A stretch of DNA of 63,896 nt, filler included, from Reclinomonas americana ATCC 50394 (taxonomy: Eukaryota), in assembly GCA_048213135.1 (NCBI GenBank). It is 17 parts of 17 records of this genome, joined end to end, with 100 filler letters (N's around TTAATTAATTAA, not from the genome) between each part and the next. Parts side by side here need not be neighbours in the genome. Positions count along the whole stretch, not along the records: positions 58,447 to 62,350 come from AFZH01020811.1; positions 62,451 to 63,896 come from AFZH01020814.1; 15 more parts are not named here. One strand, given 5' to 3'. A program made the translations under genes and the position numbers. Positions 60,086 through 63,896 of the stretch are shown piece after piece; the first letter of the stretch is position 1, and each line of letters starts with the position of its first letter. The notes below the pieces were generated by a model that had not been told where the DNA came from, searched no databases, and worked only from the letters and a program-made list of their open reading frames with translations.

Positions 60086-62278
60086 TCACCGCCCACCACC
60101 ACCACCACCCAGCATTTTCTCGCTCAATTCGGGCGACAGGTCAGGAGAAACCGCCAGTGGCGACTGCAGTGTGAACGACGAGCACTGGGCACCGAGCTGC
60201 AAGGCGCGCGCCAGACTGGCACCTCGCACCACACCCGTAATGACACCGGCGGCCAGACTATCGCCAGCGCCCGTGGTACTGACGATGGCGCGTACTGGGA
60301 CAGCCGGTACGCGCACCACATGGTACGATTTGCCGTTGGCGAGAGTCTTGCTGGAGGCACCGTCGGCAGCGCTGGCGGTGGTGCTGACCACGAGTGCACC
60401 TTGCGGGCCCGCCGTCGCCACCACCGTGCGCACGCCGATTTCTGTGACAAGGAGCGCCGCTCGTTGCTCCAAACCCGTCAGTGACGTACTGTCGTCTGCG
60501 CCAGCAATGCAAAGCATGAGAGATCGTCGAGTGCTCAACAGCTACAATCTCCACAACAAGAACCTTTCGGGACCTTGCGGCGATCGATGTATCCCAGTTC
60601 GACACACGCGGCAACCAGCGTGTCGATCTCCATCTCGTTGCCCTTGAGAATGTCCACGAGTGGCAGCAGATTCTGCTCGCGACTGACCAGCTTGCGACAT
60701 CTGTCGGCCGACGTGGCCTCAAACATGCCTGCACTCACATGGTTGGTGAGAACAATGCGCAAAACAACCTCTGCACAGGCGACGCACAAGTGACGCCATT
60801 CTCTCGACAGTACGCCAATGTCCACGCAGTGGTCTCCAGTGGCACATTGGCGTCGAGCACAACGATGCGCGCATGCGCGAGTGCCTGGCTGTATTTTTCC
60901 ACCTGCAACCAAAAAGAGTGAGAGATCTGCGACACCAAAAAACGAGAAGGGGGGACCGATGGACGCAACGAATGATGGGTCCACCATTTGCATGGTGTTG
61001 GCGTCGGAGATGCCGGCAACGAGATCGCCGTCTTCGCCGAGAATGCAATTGAAGCACGTGGTTGAAGCGCGAGATGGATCCACACGGCGGATGCCGAGAT
61101 TCGACTGCGCACAAATCGACGAGATGAGAAGCCTGCCAGTGGCAAGTCATGATGCATTTTTCCGCTCGATGCGTACCAATTGCATAGCCTCGTGCTCCGC
61201 CAACACATTCTTTCCGTACAGGTCGTCGGCGACGGCAGAGAGCAGCAGCACCTTGGTGCCGAGACGATGCGCAGCTGTGTAGAGAGAGCATCGCGTGAGG
61301 CGCAGCGAAGCATAACGGCGAAGCAGCGGGGCGAAAAGACCTTCGGAAATGTTGCGACCGACACCTGCCACACAGAAGCACAATGAGTGAACAGCCAGTC
61401 ACATAGACAAGGAAGCGTGCAGCGTCGGTGTTGGTGCACCTCCAAGAGACGTGCGTACATGTCCAATGGTGGACGAGTGGAATAATAGCTTGCCGTTGGG
61501 CACGCCAGTAATGTCCACGGCAGCTGCGACGCCATGCGAGTGTCACACACAGTGGCCATGTAGCACACACGCACTCAATCATTCACACATACACACACAC
61601 ACACACCTCCACCGATAATAACTGTATCCCACGATTGCTGGTTGGCCACACTGCTGTCACTCTCGCAGGCAGGCGCGCCCGACACGCTGGACATGCGGAG
61701 GTTCGAGAACTCGACTGCGATGCGCGAGCCGACTCGTGCATTGTTGTGAATCAACTCGATATGTGGAACGCAGTCAAGGGGACAACTGAAACAAAGACGA
61801 TGGATCACGCAGGCGAGACAACAAGGATATTGGCTGCCAGACTGGCGCCCTTGGTGAGCTCGTTGACTCTGCCGAGCAGGAACGGCGTCACCTCGCGACC
61901 GCCAATGTGCTGCGCTCTGCGCACACTGTTGATGAGCAAGACAGAGACATTGTGCTTGCGTGCACGCGCGCACGCAGAGACACAACTTGGCCTCCTCTAA
62001 CGCCTGCGCAATAGCCTTTTCAATCACTTGCGTTCGCTTCGCCGACTCGGTGGGCACCGGCACCGCCACCACCATACCCGACTGCAGACCAAGCAGCTCA
62101 CTGCGATCTGTGTTTACAGTACGAGGTGAATCACACGCTGAAGGGTGATGGGGGGAGGAGGAGGAGAAATCGCGGTCTACCAATGGCCGCAGCCACTTCG
62201 CCCGGTGTGTCAAATCGTGACGGGGCCTGCGCACTGCCGGTGAGCAAGTCTTGTGTCGCCAGCAACCACTCCCACACA

Positions 62279-62350
<72 letters not shown>

Positions 62351-62578
62351 NNNNNNNNNNNNNNNNNNNNNNNNNNNNNNNNNNNNNNNNNNNNTTAATT
62401 AATTAANNNNNNNNNNNNNNNNNNNNNNNNNNNNNNNNNNNNNNNNNNNNTGTGTGCGTGTGTGTGTGAGACATTTTCCACAAACACAAAACACACAAAC
62501 GCAAAACAAAAAAACGCATTCCGCGTGCGTGCGTACCAGCGTGGCCCAGCTACGCAGCATCGACTGCGCAAACAACAT
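60086..62578 (-). CDS. psuG/psuK: Bifunctional pseudouridine-5'-phosphate glycosidase / PfkB-family pseudouridine kinase fusion (part of the N-terminal domain is in the gap)
   Basis: PsuG/IndA motifs: LQSGMVVAVPVP, IEKAIAQALEEA, GREVTPFLLGRVNELTKGASLAAN, LIHNNARVG. PfkB motifs: GVGRNISE, LLSAVADDLYG, VVLDAN, KGNEME, STTGAGDSL. A putative first exon lies at 62578-62537 across the gap (inference). Confidence 0.9.
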
Positions 62579-62659
62579 TCGCGCAAGAGAGCGTGCGCGA
62601 GGGGGGAAAAAGCGCGCCAAAGATGCGCAAATTCATTTGTGTGTTGAGCACTTTACTTG
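62579..62659. promoter_or_regulatory. Putative 81-bp bidirectional promoter with an E2F-like site
   Basis: It lies between divergent ATGs at 62578(-) and 62660(+). GCGCCAAA at 62614-62621 reads TTTGGCGC on the minus strand. Confidence 0.45.
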
Positions 62660-63098
62660 ATGATTGTGTTGCGCAGGCTCTTCTCGTCTTCTTCGGCCTC
62701 AAAAGGCCGCCCGTTTGTCATTGGCATTGCGGGAGGCACTGCCAGCGGGTGCGTCCTTTCCTCATGCCTTCTTTGTTATGCGTTTTTTGTGTGTTGAGTG
62801 TGATCATCATGCAGGAAAACAACCGTGGCCAATCGCGTGCGTCTTTTTTTTCCTCACACTCTGTCTCTCACACTCACTCGCTCACTCACTGTGGTTCTTT
62901 TGTGTGTGTGCAGTTGGTCAAGCTGCTGTCGGCTGACGTTCCATGCGTGGTGGTCACCCAAGACCATTTCTACAAGGATTTGTCGCCGGAACAACACATT
63001 CAAGTGCGTTCCACTCACTCCCCTCATTCACTCTCACCTCCTCTCCCTCACTCTCACGTTCAGGCATCAGCGGAACTGTACAATTTCGACTGCCCTGG

Positions 63099-63130
<32 letters not shown>

Positions 63131-63847
63131 TGCTCTCCCTCCCTCTGGTGACCTTCTTCTGTGTGCAGCTGCGTTTGATCACGATGGCATTCTCGACACA
63201 CTGAGCAAGCTGCGCGCGCGGAAGAGCGTCGAGCTGGTGCCGTGGGATTACAAATCGCAGTTGCGACAGAGCTGTCTGTTTTTTCCGTGTCTGTCTGCCT
63301 GAGCCTTATCATGGTGGTGACAGCACGCACAAGGGCACACCCGACGTGTTGAAGCCGGCCGAAGTGGTGGTGTTTGAGGGCATTTTGGCGTTGCATGATC
63401 CGCGGGCACGAGAGCTCATGGATCTCAAGGGTGCGTCGTTGCCGGACCGCCATTGTTGACTGTGAAGCTGACCCTCGATTGTAGTGTTTGTCGACTGCGA
63501 TGCGGAGACGCGGCTGTCTCGTCGAGGTGTGTCATGATTAGGAGGAGAAGGCTGAGCAGCAGGCGTGCTCACTGTACGCATGGCAACAGTGATTCGTGAC
63601 ATTGCGGAGCGTGGACGGGATCTGCGCATGGTGATTCAGCAGTACGAGCGCACGGTCAAGCCGTCGTTTGATCAGTACATTGCGCCGCTGAAGCAGCATG
63701 CCGATGTCGTCATTCCGTGGGACCGATACAATGATGGTGCGTAGTCGCGCGATCCTGTGAACGCAAGTTGCTCACTTGTCTGCCATCGCAGTGGCTCTGG
63801 TTCTCCTGTACAATCACATTCGCCAGCACATGACACACCGCGACTGA
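62660..63847 (+). CDS. UCK: Uridine/cytidine kinase (multi-exon, complete)
   Basis: Spliced product: [35 protein letters not shown]...QDHFYK...YNFDCPAAFD...[10 protein letters not shown]...[25 protein letters not shown]...[25 protein letters not shown]. Stop at 63845-63847. Confidence 0.95.
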
Positions 63848-63896
63848 GCCCTCGCCACCACCACTACTGTGCTCCCCGCCGCCTTTGCGCCACCTA

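Overview
This is eukaryotic DNA, probably from a flagellated protist. It is a draft scaffold of 17 contig pieces joined by sixteen 100-nt N/TTAATTAATTAA/N linkers. Genes and a TIR pair continue across several linkers, so contig order looks real but gap sizes are unknown. Genes are intron-rich (GT-AG) with (CT)n/(GA)n/(GT)n-filled introns, so most listed ORFs are spurious. Contents from left to right: an N-myristoylated calcineurin-like metallophosphoesterase; a head-to-head pair of giant paralogous GGA/PMP-repeat surface receptors (the right copy has a Cys-rich region and a multi-pass TM domain); a minisatellite; a decayed NACHT-associated/pentapeptide fragment and a frameshifted NACHT NTPase gene; a ~14 kb CMC (CACTA/EnSpm-like) DNA transposon with perfect 24-bp TIRs, a spliced transposase and two apparently paralogous accessory genes, inserted into a short repeat array within decayed coding-like DNA; a partial secreted protein; a PGY-motif ciliary-type protein; and a divergent pair of pyrimidine-salvage genes (pseudouridine glycosidase-kinase fusion and uridine kinase), both with possible mitochondrial presequences. 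Exon structures and family calls come from manual reading and motif recognition, not from searches.
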